Of a DNA stretch of 56,914 bases, positions 42,126 to 50,938 are shown piece by piece. Source of the stretch: an uncultured Gammaproteobacteria bacterium (GTDB taxonomy: Bacteria > Actinomycetota > Acidimicrobiia > Spongiisociales > SHLN01); assembly GCA_964195005.1 (NCBI GenBank), contig CAXMOO010000089.1, positions 1 to 56,914 on the forward strand, in the 5' to 3' direction. Numbering within the stretch: position 1 is the stretch's first letter; each line of letters opens with the position of its first letter. The translations under genes were made by a program, and so were the position numbers. Below the pieces are notes generated by a model. It saw only the letters and a program-made list of their open reading frames with translations. It ran no database searches and had not been told where the DNA came from.

Positions 42126-43298
42126 TCAGGCTCCGAGTTGTTTCAGCCCTTCCACCAGGCGGTCGATGCGGGCGGTACACGTCTCATCTTCGACGGGCGG
42201 CACAAGCTCCACAACCCGCTTGGCGGCGCCGGACACAGCCAGAGCAGCCGGTGAGCCCGGCTCGCTCTGTATGACGGGGGTCCCGTCGTCCCCGCCGGCC
42301 ACTACCAGCGGATCCAGAGGAATGCTGGCAATGAGGGGGACACCCAGCTCATCAGCTAGCTCCTGACCCCCGCCTTCCCCGAACAGGTTGAAGTGTTCGC
42401 CGGATTCGGTGGTGAATCCGGCCATGTTCTCAACTACCCCGATGACGGGCATGAAACTGCGCCGGGCCATGTCGGCAACGCGGGACGCTACCTTCTGGGC
42501 AGTTTTCTGGGGCGTGGTCACCACCACCATCTCTGCTTGCGGGAGCAGTCGCGCCAACGCCATTTGGATGTCGCCCGTCCCGGGAGGCATATCGACTACC
42601 AGGTAGTCAATCTCGCCCCAGGCCACGTCTCTGAGGAACTGCTCTAATGCTTTGGAAAGCATCAGGCCGCGCCACATGAGCGCTTTGTCCTCATCGTCGA
42701 CGAGGAGACCTGTTGACACGAGCTTGAGGCCTTGAACCTCGAGGGGCTGAATTTGCTTGCTCTCGTTGGCTGTGAGGCGCTCCGACCCGACACCCAGCAT
42801 GCGGGGGATTGAGAAGCCCCAGATGTCGGCGTCGAGTAGGCCGACCTTGAATCCCTGTTGAGAGAGTGCCAGTGCCAAATTGACGCTGATCGACGACTTA
42901 CCAACACCGCCCTTGCCGCTGCTGATGGCAATCACCCTGGTGACCGGGTCGATCATGGTTGGCTCGGCATCCTCCCTGGCCTTCCAGCGGGCCCGGGCCA
43001 TCAGCTCCGAGCGTTCTTCCTGGGTCATCTCACCCATTTCCACGGTGACGCTTTCGATGCCGGGCAGAGCTGTGATCTTGCGCGTGACGTCCCCGTCTAT
43101 CTGATCTCGCATTGGGCAGGCGGCGATTGTGAGCGCTAGTTTGATGGTGGCCCTGCCATCAGAAACCTCGATTCCCTTGACCATGCCCAGTTCCACGACG
43201 TCGGCACCCAGCTCGGGGTCGACCACGCCGCGTAGGGCCCGTTCAATATCGGCTGCAGTGGTCATTGTCATCCAGGGATTCGGGGAAATGGCACTCAC
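42126..43298 (-). CDS. mrp: Mrp/ApbC/NBP35 family Fe-S cluster carrier ATPase with N-terminal DUF59 domain
   Basis: 390 aa. The DUF59 part reads ...VVDPELGADVVELGMV... The deviant Walker A is SGKGGVGKSS, and a CxxC-type region lies further along. Confidence 0.9.
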   Translation of the reverse strand: MSAISPNPWMTMTTAADIERALRGVVDPELGADVVELGMVKGIEVSDGRATIKLALTIAACPMRDQIDGDVTRKITALPGIESVTVEMGEMTQEERSELMARARWKAREDAEPTMIDPVTRVIAISSGKGGVGKSSISVNLALALSQQGFKVGLLDADIWGFSIPRMLGVGSERLTANESKQIQPLEVQGLKLVSTGLLVDDEDKALMWRGLMLSKALEQFLRDVAWGEIDYLVVDMPPGTGDIQMALARLLPQAEMVVVTTPQKTAQKVASRVADMARRSFMPVIGVVENMAGFTTESGEHFNLFGEGGGQELADELGVPLIASIPLDPLVVAGGDDGTPVIQSEPGSPAALAVSGAAKRVVELVPPVEDETCTARIDRLVEGLKQLGA

Positions 43299-43381
43299 AG
43301 GGTAGGCGGAAAACCTATCGCTAAGGTTCCGTTTGTTATTGCCGTATACTCATCCCAACCCCGTGACAGGAGATCTGTTCG

Positions 43382-43702
43382 ATGTTGACGCTTACGGCTC
43401 CGGCCGCTGAAAAGGTCAAGTCACTCCTCAAAGATGAGGGAGACGAGGCCATGGCTCTACGCGTGGCCGTGCGCCCCGGCGGGTGTTCTGGGTTTTCTTA
43501 CGAGATGTTTTTCGACGCCGAACTCGACGCCGACGATCAGGTTATTGAGTTCCACGGTGTCAGAGTGGTCGTCGATTCTGCAAGTGCCCCGCATCTCGAG
43601 GGCGCTGAGGTTGATTACAAGGACGGACTACAGGGTGCAGGGTTTGCCATAAACAACCCCAACGTTGAGCGCACCTGCGGCTGCGGACAAAGCTTCAACT
43701 AA
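43382..43702 (+). CDS. HesB/IscA/ErpA family A-type iron-sulfur carrier
   Basis: 106 aa. ...LRVAVRPGGCSGFSYEMFFD... and a C-terminal ...CGCGQSF. Confidence 0.9.
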   Translation: MLTLTAPAAEKVKSLLKDEGDEAMALRVAVRPGGCSGFSYEMFFDAELDADDQVIEFHGVRVVVDSASAPHLEGAEVDYKDGLQGAGFAINNPNVERTCGCGQSFN

Positions 43703-43707
43703 CCCGC

Positions 43708-44082
43708 ATGCCCAAGTCGGTTCCCGACCTCCCGTCTGCCCCCGCGGCACTCGGCCCCTATTCACCGGTCGTTGAAGCCAATGGTTTTGTTTTCATTTCC
43801 GGACAGGTCGCAGCCGATGCCGCGGGCGATCTGGACGGTGATGCTGGTGGGCAAGCGCGACAGGTGATGCAGCAGATCGGGAAGATGTTGGGTGATCTGG
43901 ATTTGGACTACGCCGACGTTGTCAAGACCACGATCTTTCTTTCCAACATGGACGACTTTGCATCCGTCAACGATGCTTACGGAAGCTTCTTCGAGGAGGC
44001 TCCTCCGGCCCGCTCGACGATTGAGGTAGCTCGGCTCCCGCGAGATGTAGCCGTCGAGATCGAAACTATCGCGGCCCGCTAG
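43708..44082 (+). CDS. ridA: RidA family reactive intermediate deaminase
   Basis: 124 aa. ...ALGPYSPVVEANGFVFISGQ...VVKTTIFL.NMDDFASVN..Y..FF...PARSTIEVA.LPRDV.VEIE. Confidence 0.9.
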   Translation: MPKSVPDLPSAPAALGPYSPVVEANGFVFISGQVAADAAGDLDGDAGGQARQVMQQIGKMLGDLDLDYADVVKTTIFLSNMDDFASVNDAYGSFFEEAPPARSTIEVARLPRDVAVEIETIAAR

Positions 44083-44090
44083 AGCACTAG

Positions 44091-44345
44091 CTACACGTAG
44101 TAGTCGTCTTCCAACTCCTCAGAACCGGGCTCATCGGCGCGGGTTTGGTGAACCCCTTCGAGGCGGCTGTGGAGGCGTTGCAGTTGCTCCCGGCTTTGAA
44201 GCTCAAAGTACAGGCGCCACGCGTCGGTGGACTTGACCTCCGGCTCGGGACTGCCTTCAGCACGAATCACGCCACCGTCCTGGGTGACCTTGCTCGCTAC
44301 TTTGCTCTCTCCAATGGTGTTTACGAACAGTGTCTTGATGGCCAT
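44091..44345 (-). CDS. small acidic hypothetical protein
   Basis: The ATG at 44345 is preceded by GAGGGGGAAAG. It gives 84 aa (MAIKTLFVNTIGESKVASKV...EELEDDYYV). The ORF track extends to 44582. Confidence 0.5.
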   Translation of the reverse strand: MAIKTLFVNTIGESKVASKVTQDGGVIRAEGSPEPEVKSTDAWRLYFELQSREQLQRLHSRLEGVHQTRADEPGSEELEDDYYV

Positions 44346-44434
44346 CGCTTTCCCCCTCGGATGGTCTGACCGATCCGAGTTTATCGGAGATTTCACCGGA
44401 GAACTCAACTGAATTGGTGAAGTAGCTTGGGACC

Positions 44435-44896
44435 ATGAACGCCGTTGGGTCCTTTTGGCGAGATTTCGCCGATGCCTCTGGGGTAGATGCTGGCTATTCC
44501 GCCTGGGCCTTCGGGAGTGATGAGGATCCTGGCCTGCAAGCGAAGCTCGGGTTTCTCGTGCGCGATGGGCCCAAGCGAGCAACCACCGGCTTGCTTTCCG
44601 AATACGAGCGGGAAGGCGAAGCTTTGCCCGAGGCAGGGGATTACAGCGTGATCCTCGACGGCCGGGGGGTTCCTCTATGCATCATCCGCACCACTCATGT
44701 CGAGTTGCGACCGTTCGGTGAGGTAGATGCCGAGTTCGCCCGGGTCGAGGGCGAGGGTGATCGATCTTTGGACTATTGGCGGCGCGCCCATCTCCGTCTT
44801 TTTGACCGGCCCGGCATCGAGATCGATGACGGAACCATGATGGTGCTGGAGCGCTTCGATCTGGTCTGGCCCCGCCAGGCGGCAGGCTCGAACTGA
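44435..44896 (+). CDS. ASCH domain protein
   Basis: 153 aa. ...FGSDEDPGLQAKLGFLVRDGPKRATTG...DAEFARVEGEGDRSLDYWRRAH is the typical ASCH/PUA-like pattern. Confidence 0.7.
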   Translation: MNAVGSFWRDFADASGVDAGYSAWAFGSDEDPGLQAKLGFLVRDGPKRATTGLLSEYEREGEALPEAGDYSVILDGRGVPLCIIRTTHVELRPFGEVDAEFARVEGEGDRSLDYWRRAHLRLFDRPGIEIDDGTMMVLERFDLVWPRQAAGSN

Positions 44897-44905
44897 AGCA
44901 GGCTC

Positions 44906-45922
44906 CTACGGCGAAGCCGCCCCGCAAACGGTTTCTGTAATCAGGCGGGTTACCAGATAAGGGTCGCAGTTGGCGTTCGGTCGCCGATCCTCGAGATAGC
45001 CGCGGCGTTCTTTCTCCACCTGCCACGGTATGCGCACGGAGGCTCCGCGGTCGGACACTCCATAGTTGTACTCGGTCCAGGGGGCCGTCTCGTGGAGGCC
45101 GGTGAGTCGCCGCTCGATGCCGGCGCCGTAGTTTTCGATGTGATAGTCGTGGTTCTTGCCGAGGGCTTCGGCTGCTGCGATGACGGCATCGTAATCCTCG
45201 CGCATCTGCGCCGTCGAGAAGTTGGCGTGGGCACCCGCGCCGTTCCAATCGCCCTGGATTGGCTTGGGGTCGAGCGTTGCCGAGATCCCGAAGTCCTCAC
45301 CGATGCGGTACAGAAGCCAGCGGGCAAGCCACACCTGGTCGGCGCAGGTCACCGGATCCAACGGGCCGATCTGGAACTCCCACTGGCCCATCATCACTTC
45401 TGCGTTGGTTCCCGAAATGGCGAGGCCCGCCTCGATGCAAGCGGTGGTATGTGCCTCGACCAGGTCGCGGCCGAACACTTCGTCGTCCCCTATGCCACAG
45501 TAGTAGCCGCCCTGCGGGGCCGGGTAGCCGCCGGGGGGCCAACCGAGAGGCCTGCCGTCTTTATAGAGCGTGTACTCCTGCTCGATTCCGAACCACGGCT
45601 CGAGGTGGCTGTAATGCTCGGTGGCTTCGGCGCACGCTCGTCGAGTGTTGGTGGCGTGAGGGCTCATGTCGGTGAGGAGTACTTCACACATGACGAGGAC
45701 GTTATCTCCCCCCCGGATGGGATCCGGCACCGTCATAACCGGCTGCAGGACGCAATCCGATTCGGACCCGGGGGCCTGGTTGGTGCTGGAGCCGTCGAAG
45801 CCCCAAATGGGAATCTCGGCGCCGGTTGGAAGCACGTTGGTCTTCGACCGAAGGAACTTGGTTGGCTCAGACCCGTCGATCCATATGTATTCCGCCCTAT
45901 AGGTCACGCTGTTTCCTTTCAA
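44906..45922 (-). CDS. glnII: glutamine synthetase type II (GSII)
   Basis: 338 aa. YRAEYIWIDG...LRSKT...IWGFDGSSTNQAPGSESDCVL.PV... and ...NGAGAHANFST. The length and motifs are those of the eukaryote-like GSII. Confidence 0.88.
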   Translation of the reverse strand: MKGNSVTYRAEYIWIDGSEPTKFLRSKTNVLPTGAEIPIWGFDGSSTNQAPGSESDCVLQPVMTVPDPIRGGDNVLVMCEVLLTDMSPHATNTRRACAEATEHYSHLEPWFGIEQEYTLYKDGRPLGWPPGGYPAPQGGYYCGIGDDEVFGRDLVEAHTTACIEAGLAISGTNAEVMMGQWEFQIGPLDPVTCADQVWLARWLLYRIGEDFGISATLDPKPIQGDWNGAGAHANFSTAQMREDYDAVIAAAEALGKNHDYHIENYGAGIERRLTGLHETAPWTEYNYGVSDRGASVRIPWQVEKERRGYLEDRRPNANCDPYLVTRLITETVCGAASP

Positions 45923-45996
45923 CCCGACGCTGCCCGGCGGTCGGATTCAGTCGACGAATTGTAATTCTCCACTGTCGGCTATGCCCATTGCGGACA

Positions 45997-46623
45997 TCAG
46001 GCTGCTTCGAAGGCCATCAGCTCGTCGACCTTTGCCTTGTAATCGGCGACGGCGGTTTCGAAAGCGACTAGAGCAGCCTTGCGTGCTTCGCCCGTGTCGG
46101 GGGATTTGAGGCCGGTCACCATGGCATTGGCCTGGTCGACCATCTCCTGAGCTACCGCCTTCATCTCATTGTGAACCGGGCCTATTCCTGGCACATCGGC
46201 CTCCGGTACCTCGAGGAAGCCCATGCTGTTGCGAAACGTTTGGACATCGTCCGCCAGGGTCTGCAACGCAGTTACTGCTGCGGAATACTGAAACCCGGTG
46301 GTTTCCTTGTTGTCGAAATCGCTATTTATGCCCTGGGCACGCGCCAGCAATTCATCGGCCTGAGTCACGCGAAAGCCCAGTTGGCGGTTGTACTCAGCCA
46401 GCACCGAGGGCAGGGTAGTGGTCGTCGCCGCGGATGCGGGCGTTGTCGTGTCTGTACTTCCTGCATCCAATGTGGTGGTCGTGGGGCTCGGTGTGGGATC
46501 CTCGGCCGCGCTGAGAAAGAGCCAGGCGCCGCCCATCATTGCCAATATGACAACGGGCAGGAGCCACCGGCCCGGTTTGGGGTCTGGATTTGGCTGCACG
46601 GCCTGGATCGTAGTCGCTCCCAT
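45997..46623 (-). CDS. membrane-anchored hypothetical protein with Thr-rich linker
   Basis: The ATG at 46623 avoids overlap with the divergent SDR gene. It has a TM segment (WLLPVVILAMMGGAWLFL), a TTTT-rich linker and a helical domain. Confidence 0.5.
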   Translation of the reverse strand: MGATTIQAVQPNPDPKPGRWLLPVVILAMMGGAWLFLSAAEDPTPSPTTTTLDAGSTDTTTPASAATTTTLPSVLAEYNRQLGFRVTQADELLARAQGINSDFDNKETTGFQYSAAVTALQTLADDVQTFRNSMGFLEVPEADVPGIGPVHNEMKAVAQEMVDQANAMVTGLKSPDTGEARKAALVAFETAVADYKAKVDELMAFEAA

Positions 46624-46667
46624 AGCCCCCACTTTCTCTTTCCCCGGCTCCGGGTAGCCTGGCTGCG

Positions 46668-47384
46668 ATGGAGATTTCGGGGAAGAGAGCACTGATCACA
46701 GGGGCAGCGCAGCGTGTCGGTAAGGGCGTAGCCCTGGCGCTTGCCGCGGCCGGTGCCGATCTGGTCCTTCACTACAACCGATCGGCGGATGCCGCGGCCG
46801 CCACGGGAGCGGAAGCCGAAGCGTTGGGCGTGCAGGTGGAGCTGCGACAGGCCGACCTCTCCGACCCTGCCTCAGTCGATGCGATCTTGTCTGAACCGGC
46901 GGACATCTTGGTGAACAGCGCCGCCGGATTCCCGGAGGACTCGCTGCTCGATGTGACGCCAGAAGCTTGGATCAGGACCCTCACTATCAACCTCAGTTCG
47001 GTTGTGTTCCTGACCCAGGCCTTCGCCAAACGGCTACCGGCGGACCGGAACGGTGTTGTCACAAACATGACCGATTGGAAGACGCAGCGGCCGTATACCG
47101 ACCTCCGCTTCAGTTACACGATCAGCAAGGGAGGTGTGGACACGTTCACCAGAGTCGCTGCTTCGGAGCTCGCCCCCCGTATTCGCGTGAACGCAGTTGC
47201 CCTCGGTGTCATCCTGCCCCCACCTGGTGCCGAAGACGGGTACGCCGAACGGCTGGCAGCGCGAACCCCGTTGGAGAGGGTCGGCGGAGTGGAAGTTGTT
47301 GCCGAAGCCGTTCTCCAACTGATCCGCAACGATTTCATCACCGGCGAGATCCTTCGAGTCGACGGTGGCGCTCATCTCCGCTAA
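46668..47384 (+). CDS. short-chain dehydrogenase/reductase, pteridine reductase/FolM-like by context
   Basis: 238 aa. The cofactor motif is ALITGAAQRVGKG and the YxxxK motif is FSYTISKGG. It lies directly upstream of folB and folK-folE. Confidence 0.75.
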   Translation: MEISGKRALITGAAQRVGKGVALALAAAGADLVLHYNRSADAAAATGAEAEALGVQVELRQADLSDPASVDAILSEPADILVNSAAGFPEDSLLDVTPEAWIRTLTINLSSVVFLTQAFAKRLPADRNGVVTNMTDWKTQRPYTDLRFSYTISKGGVDTFTRVAASELAPRIRVNAVALGVILPPPGAEDGYAERLAARTPLERVGGVEVVAEAVLQLIRNDFITGEILRVDGGAHLR

Positions 47385-47392
47385 CTAACTAA
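47382..47392 (+). repeat. TAACTAACTAA: three tandem TAAs, one in each frame, at the end of the SDR gene
   Basis: TAA occurs at 47382 (the SDR stop), 47386 and 47390. Confidence 0.9.
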
Positions 47393-47458
47393 CGTCTCAC
47401 TCATGGCAGCGTTGTTCTTTACTTCCCCCTCACGGAAACGGGGGTCAAGACCGTGACC

Positions 47459-47502
47459 TCTGAGCTCGATCAGATTCACATTCGGGACCTCACCGTCCAC
47501 GC
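47459..47502 (+). repeat. orphan duplicate of the folB 5' end
   Basis: tctgagctcgatcagattcacattcgggacctcaCcgtccacgc is 43/44 identical to 47592..47635. It is preceded by its own GTG at 47453. Confidence 0.9.
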
Positions 47503-47591
47503 TGTGTTTTTGGCTCTTCGGCTGACGCCTCATCGCTGTGTCGACGGGGCCCCAGCCCCATCGACTGGCGTGGTCGGGGGAGCTTCTGGTG
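47503..47591 (+). mobile_element. 89-bp hairpin-containing insertion-like element (family 1), copy B
   Basis: The core ttggctcttcggctgacgcctcatcgctgtgtcgacggggccccagccccatcgactggcg is homologous to 20062..20122. The stem pairs GTCGACGGGG (47540-49) with CCCCATCGAC (47556-65). The element is flanked by 44-bp direct repeats. Confidence 0.55.
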
Positions 47592-47969
47592 TCTGAGCTC
47601 GATCAGATTCACATTCGGGACCTCAGCGTCCACGCGATCATCGGGATCAATCCGTCTGAGCGGACCCAGCCGCAGGACGTTGTCGTCAACGCCACCCTCT
47701 TTGTCGACACCCGTCAGGCCGGAGTGAGCGACGAGATGCACGATTCTGTCAACTATTCGACCATCACCAAAGCCATGCATGCCCATATCGAGTCGGCGGC
47801 TCCTGGGTTGGTCGAACGCCTCGTCGCCGATTTGGCCCGCATTTGCTTCGAAACCGACCACCGGGTCAAAGAAGTTGAGATCACAGCGGAAAAACCGGGG
47901 GCGGTGACTTTCACCCGCTCCGTCGGGGTCACGATTCACCGCACGCGGGCCGAGGTGATGGAGCCATGA
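47589..47969 (+). CDS. folB: dihydroneopterin aldolase
   Basis: The GTG at 47589 is preceded by GGGGGAG. (M)[39 protein letters not shown]...DSVNYSTI follows the FolB pattern. The ORF track starts at 47538, inside the repeat element. Confidence 0.85.
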   Translation: MSELDQIHIRDLSVHAIIGINPSERTQPQDVVVNATLFVDTRQAGVSDEMHDSVNYSTITKAMHAHIESAAPGLVERLVADLARICFETDHRVKEVEITAEKPGAVTFTRSVGVTIHRTRAEVMEP

Positions 47970-49066
47970 CCCGGGTCGTCGTCTCGGTCGGAAGCAATAT
48001 CGACAAGGAATCGAACCTTCCGGCTGCGATTGCTGCCCTCCAGCAGCATGACCACATCACATTGATTCAAACGAGCGACATCTTCGAATCACCGGCCATG
48101 GGGGGCGACTATCCACCGTTTCACAACGCTGCGGTCCTGCTCGAGACCGAGCTGGCGCCAGAAGAGCTGATCGCTTCCCTTAAATCCATCGAAAGCGCCC
48201 TCGGCCGAGTTCGAGAGGAAGACCCCAACGCTCCGAGAACTATCGACCTCGACATCATCTTGTACGACGACTTACACAACGCAGAACTGAAGATCCCCGA
48301 TCCTCACCTCGACGCGTATGCGTTCGTGGCGATCCCGGCAGCCCAGGTAGCAGGGGATTGGGAGATACCGGGCCGGAATAGAACAGTCGCTCAGATCGCT
48401 GAGTCAACGGCGGCAGGCGAACTACGAAAGGTAGACATGTCAGACAAAAAGGAGATCTCTCGGGACGAGGCCTTTGAGGAGTACGGACCGACGGATGAGT
48501 CGTTCAACCCTCGATATGAGGCTCTCGTTCGAGAGCAGCTCGAGATACTCGGGGAGGACCCGGAGCGGGATGGCATTAAGCGAACGCCCTTTCGCGTCGC
48601 CAAGTCGATGTCGTTTCTTACGAAGGGCTACACCCAGAGCCTCAAAGAAGTCATTAATAACGCCATTTTCGAGTCGCCGGACTCTGAAATGGTGATGCTG
48701 AAGGACGTCGAGTTCTATTCGATGTGCGAGCATCACATGCTTCCGTTCTTCGGGCGAGCTCACGTCGCTTACATTCCCGACGGCCGGGTGATTGGAGTCA
48801 GCAAGCTGGCCAGGATCGTTGACGTTTTCGCCAGACGGATGCAGATCCAGGAGCGGCTCTCGAATCAAGTTGCCGATGCTCTTATGGAGTGTCTTGATCC
48901 GCTCGGGGTGGGAGTGGTGATGGAAGCCGCCCATCTCTGCATGTTGATGCGGGGAGTGCAGAAGCAGAACAGCGAGATGGTCACCTCGGCATTGCGCGGC
49001 TCTTTCAAGTCAGATGCTCGCACCCGGAGTGAGTTCATGAATCTGGTAGGTCACGGACTGCGCTGA
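47966..49066 (+). CDS. folK/folE: bifunctional HPPK (FolK) and GTP cyclohydrolase I (FolE) fusion
   Basis: 366 aa. The N-terminal HPPK reads [10 protein letters not shown]...IFESPAMGG...[10 protein letters not shown]...GRVR...[13 protein letters not shown]...IPDPH. The C-terminal FolE reads [10 protein letters not shown]...[46 protein letters not shown]. The start overlaps the folB stop (ATGA). Confidence 0.88.
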   Translation: MTRVVVSVGSNIDKESNLPAAIAALQQHDHITLIQTSDIFESPAMGGDYPPFHNAAVLLETELAPEELIASLKSIESALGRVREEDPNAPRTIDLDIILYDDLHNAELKIPDPHLDAYAFVAIPAAQVAGDWEIPGRNRTVAQIAESTAAGELRKVDMSDKKEISRDEAFEEYGPTDESFNPRYEALVREQLEILGEDPERDGIKRTPFRVAKSMSFLTKGYTQSLKEVINNAIFESPDSEMVMLKDVEFYSMCEHHMLPFFGRAHVAYIPDGRVIGVSKLARIVDVFARRMQIQERLSNQVADALMECLDPLGVGVVMEAAHLCMLMRGVQKQNSEMVTSALRGSFKSDARTRSEFMNLVGHGLR

Positions 49067-49816
49067 GTGAGCGGGCCGGTCGAGCTGCGGACTATCGAGT
49101 GGGGGGATGGAGCGCGAACGCTGCTGCTGGTTCACGGTCTGGGAAGCAACGCCGCCGGTTGGTGGCGAGTCGGCCCCGCATTGGCAGAAGTAGGTTTCCA
49201 CGTCTTCGCCCCCGACCTGAGGGGGCACGGCGGCAGCCCACGGGCTGATCACTACCGGGTAGACCACTATGGTGCCGATCTTCTGGCGCTCCGCGATCGG
49301 TGGGATGCCGTGGTGGCGCACTCCCTCGGCGGCGGCGCGGCGACAACTGTCCTCAAGCAGAAGCCAGATTGGGCCGATCGGGTTGTGCTGATCGATCCGT
49401 TCCTCCTGATTCTGGATGAAGCCGTCGCCGTCGATTGGTTGATGGTGGACTTCGCTGAGGAACCAACCGTGGAGCGGCTTGCGAAGCGAAATCCCACCTG
49501 GCATGCGGAAGACACCAGGATCAAGGTGGAGGCGTTAGCCGAATCGGGCCCGGAAGTGATTAAGGCCACTATTACCGACAATCCCGGCTTCAACCTCGTA
49601 GCGGATGTCGTCGACATCCAGGTGCCGACTCTGCTGATTGGAGGCGACCCGGAGTTGCTCCCGCTGGTGCCCCCCGTCCTGGGTGAGAGCCTGGCGGGGA
49701 TGAATCCCAACATTGAGTTCCATACCATCCCCGGGGGCTCTCATTCGATGCATCGAGATGAGTTCGACGCCCTCATGAGTCACCTGCTCCGCTTTCTCAC
49801 CGATCAAGCCCCTTGA
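49067..49816 (+). CDS. alpha/beta hydrolase
   Basis: 249 aa with a GTG start. LLLVHGLGSNAAGW... is followed by the nucleophile motif VAHSLGG and a late His (GGSHSMH). Confidence 0.8.
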   Translation: MSGPVELRTIEWGDGARTLLLVHGLGSNAAGWWRVGPALAEVGFHVFAPDLRGHGGSPRADHYRVDHYGADLLALRDRWDAVVAHSLGGGAATTVLKQKPDWADRVVLIDPFLLILDEAVAVDWLMVDFAEEPTVERLAKRNPTWHAEDTRIKVEALAESGPEVIKATITDNPGFNLVADVVDIQVPTLLIGGDPELLPLVPPVLGESLAGMNPNIEFHTIPGGSHSMHRDEFDALMSHLLRFLTDQAP

Positions 49817-49847
49817 AACCGGCGGGTGCCGCCTATACGTTCCGGGA

Positions 49848-50666
49848 GTGGACCTCGACACCCAAACCTCCGACGACGAGCACCTCGAAGCGATCCCGTG
49901 GAGTCAGCTCATGGTTGAGGCTAAGAGCGATCGCCCCCTGCTCATCTATGTGGCTGCCGCCGCGCTACTTGCGTTGGCCGTAGGGGTGGCGGTGGCGCGC
50001 GGCTTGGGCCGATCCACGGTTGCAGAGCCTGCCCCGGTGGTGTCGACACCCGTGGCGAAGGAGGAACCGGCCACTCCTGATCCCATAAGTGAGGCCGACC
50101 TGCGGGCCCCGCTGGCACCCACCGGGGTTGGGGCCGGGGCGGTAATCGCTCGCGCCGAGTGGTTCGTCGCCGACTACTTCACACTCGACGGCGCAGGTGA
50201 TCGCCTTTCCGCCCTCCAGGAAGCGCTCGGATGGCGCCCACCTGCGATGCCAGGCGGTCCCACTACCTATGTTGAATGGGCCCGGGCGTGGGACTCGGTC
50301 GAGCTGGGTGACGGCCGCTACCGGGTTTTGGTGGCCTACCGGGCCATCTCCAGCCTTGACGGTGTGTTCACCCGTGGCCCGGCGCGAGCAGTAGCGGTGA
50401 TAATTCAGCTTGGAGTCGATGGCGGCACCCGGGTAGTCGATTTGCCCGAGCCCGTTCAGATCCCGCCGGGGCCTGCATCGACCGTCATCGCCGCTTCCGA
50501 TCCGGTGCCGGATGAAATCGCCGAGTTGGCTCGGGACCTGGCCAGGTCGTGGAGCGATGACGTCGCAGTGGTCGGAGGCAGTGAGCACGAAGAAGCTTGG
50601 AGGGTTGTGGTTGAGGTCGATGTCGCGTCGGGGCGCTGGCCAATGTTGGTTTGGGTAGGCAAGTAG
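49848..50666 (+). CDS. hypothetical membrane-anchored protein
   Basis: 272-aa ORF with one TM segment (LLIYVAAAALLALAVGVAVA). No family recognised. Confidence 0.5.
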   Translation: MDLDTQTSDDEHLEAIPWSQLMVEAKSDRPLLIYVAAAALLALAVGVAVARGLGRSTVAEPAPVVSTPVAKEEPATPDPISEADLRAPLAPTGVGAGAVIARAEWFVADYFTLDGAGDRLSALQEALGWRPPAMPGGPTTYVEWARAWDSVELGDGRYRVLVAYRAISSLDGVFTRGPARAVAVIIQLGVDGGTRVVDLPEPVQIPPGPASTVIAASDPVPDEIAELARDLARSWSDDVAVVGGSEHEEAWRVVVEVDVASGRWPMLVWVGK

Positions 50667-50938
50667 AGAGGCTCACCCATGGGTGGCTCTGTGGTGGCCC
50701 AAGCCCGACCGCCTTCTGGTTGCCCTTCCGGCGGTCCGGGGTCTTGGTCCTTGAAGGTCTTGCGACCCTCTTGTGCAATCGAGAGTGTCCATGGGTCCCG
50801 GTTACCGTTCGGCACCGAGGCGCCTCCTGGTTCGTTTCCCTTGATCTTCATGACCGCAGAGCGAGGTATCGGTCCACCTCTCGAATCCTTGAGACGTTTC
50901 TCTGAGCTACGGCCCGCCGGCACTACTCTCAAGGGTCC

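Noticed and set aside
50699-50745. Minus-strand CCGGAAGGGCAACC, which superficially resembles the actinobacterial SRP RNA CCGGAAGGGAGCAAC motif.
   Set aside because: The flanking nucleotides do not form the CCC/GGG stem around GGAA, the AGCA loop is incomplete, and no complementary 5'/3' domain is visible.
50456-50932. 158-aa minus-strand ORF that would fill the 50.67-50.94 kb gap (contains MKIKGNEPGGASVPNGNRDPW...).
   Set aside because: It has no ribosome-binding site. It runs 210 nt into the 3' end of the well-formed + strand ORF 49848..50666, and its composition is Pro/Gly/Thr-biased.
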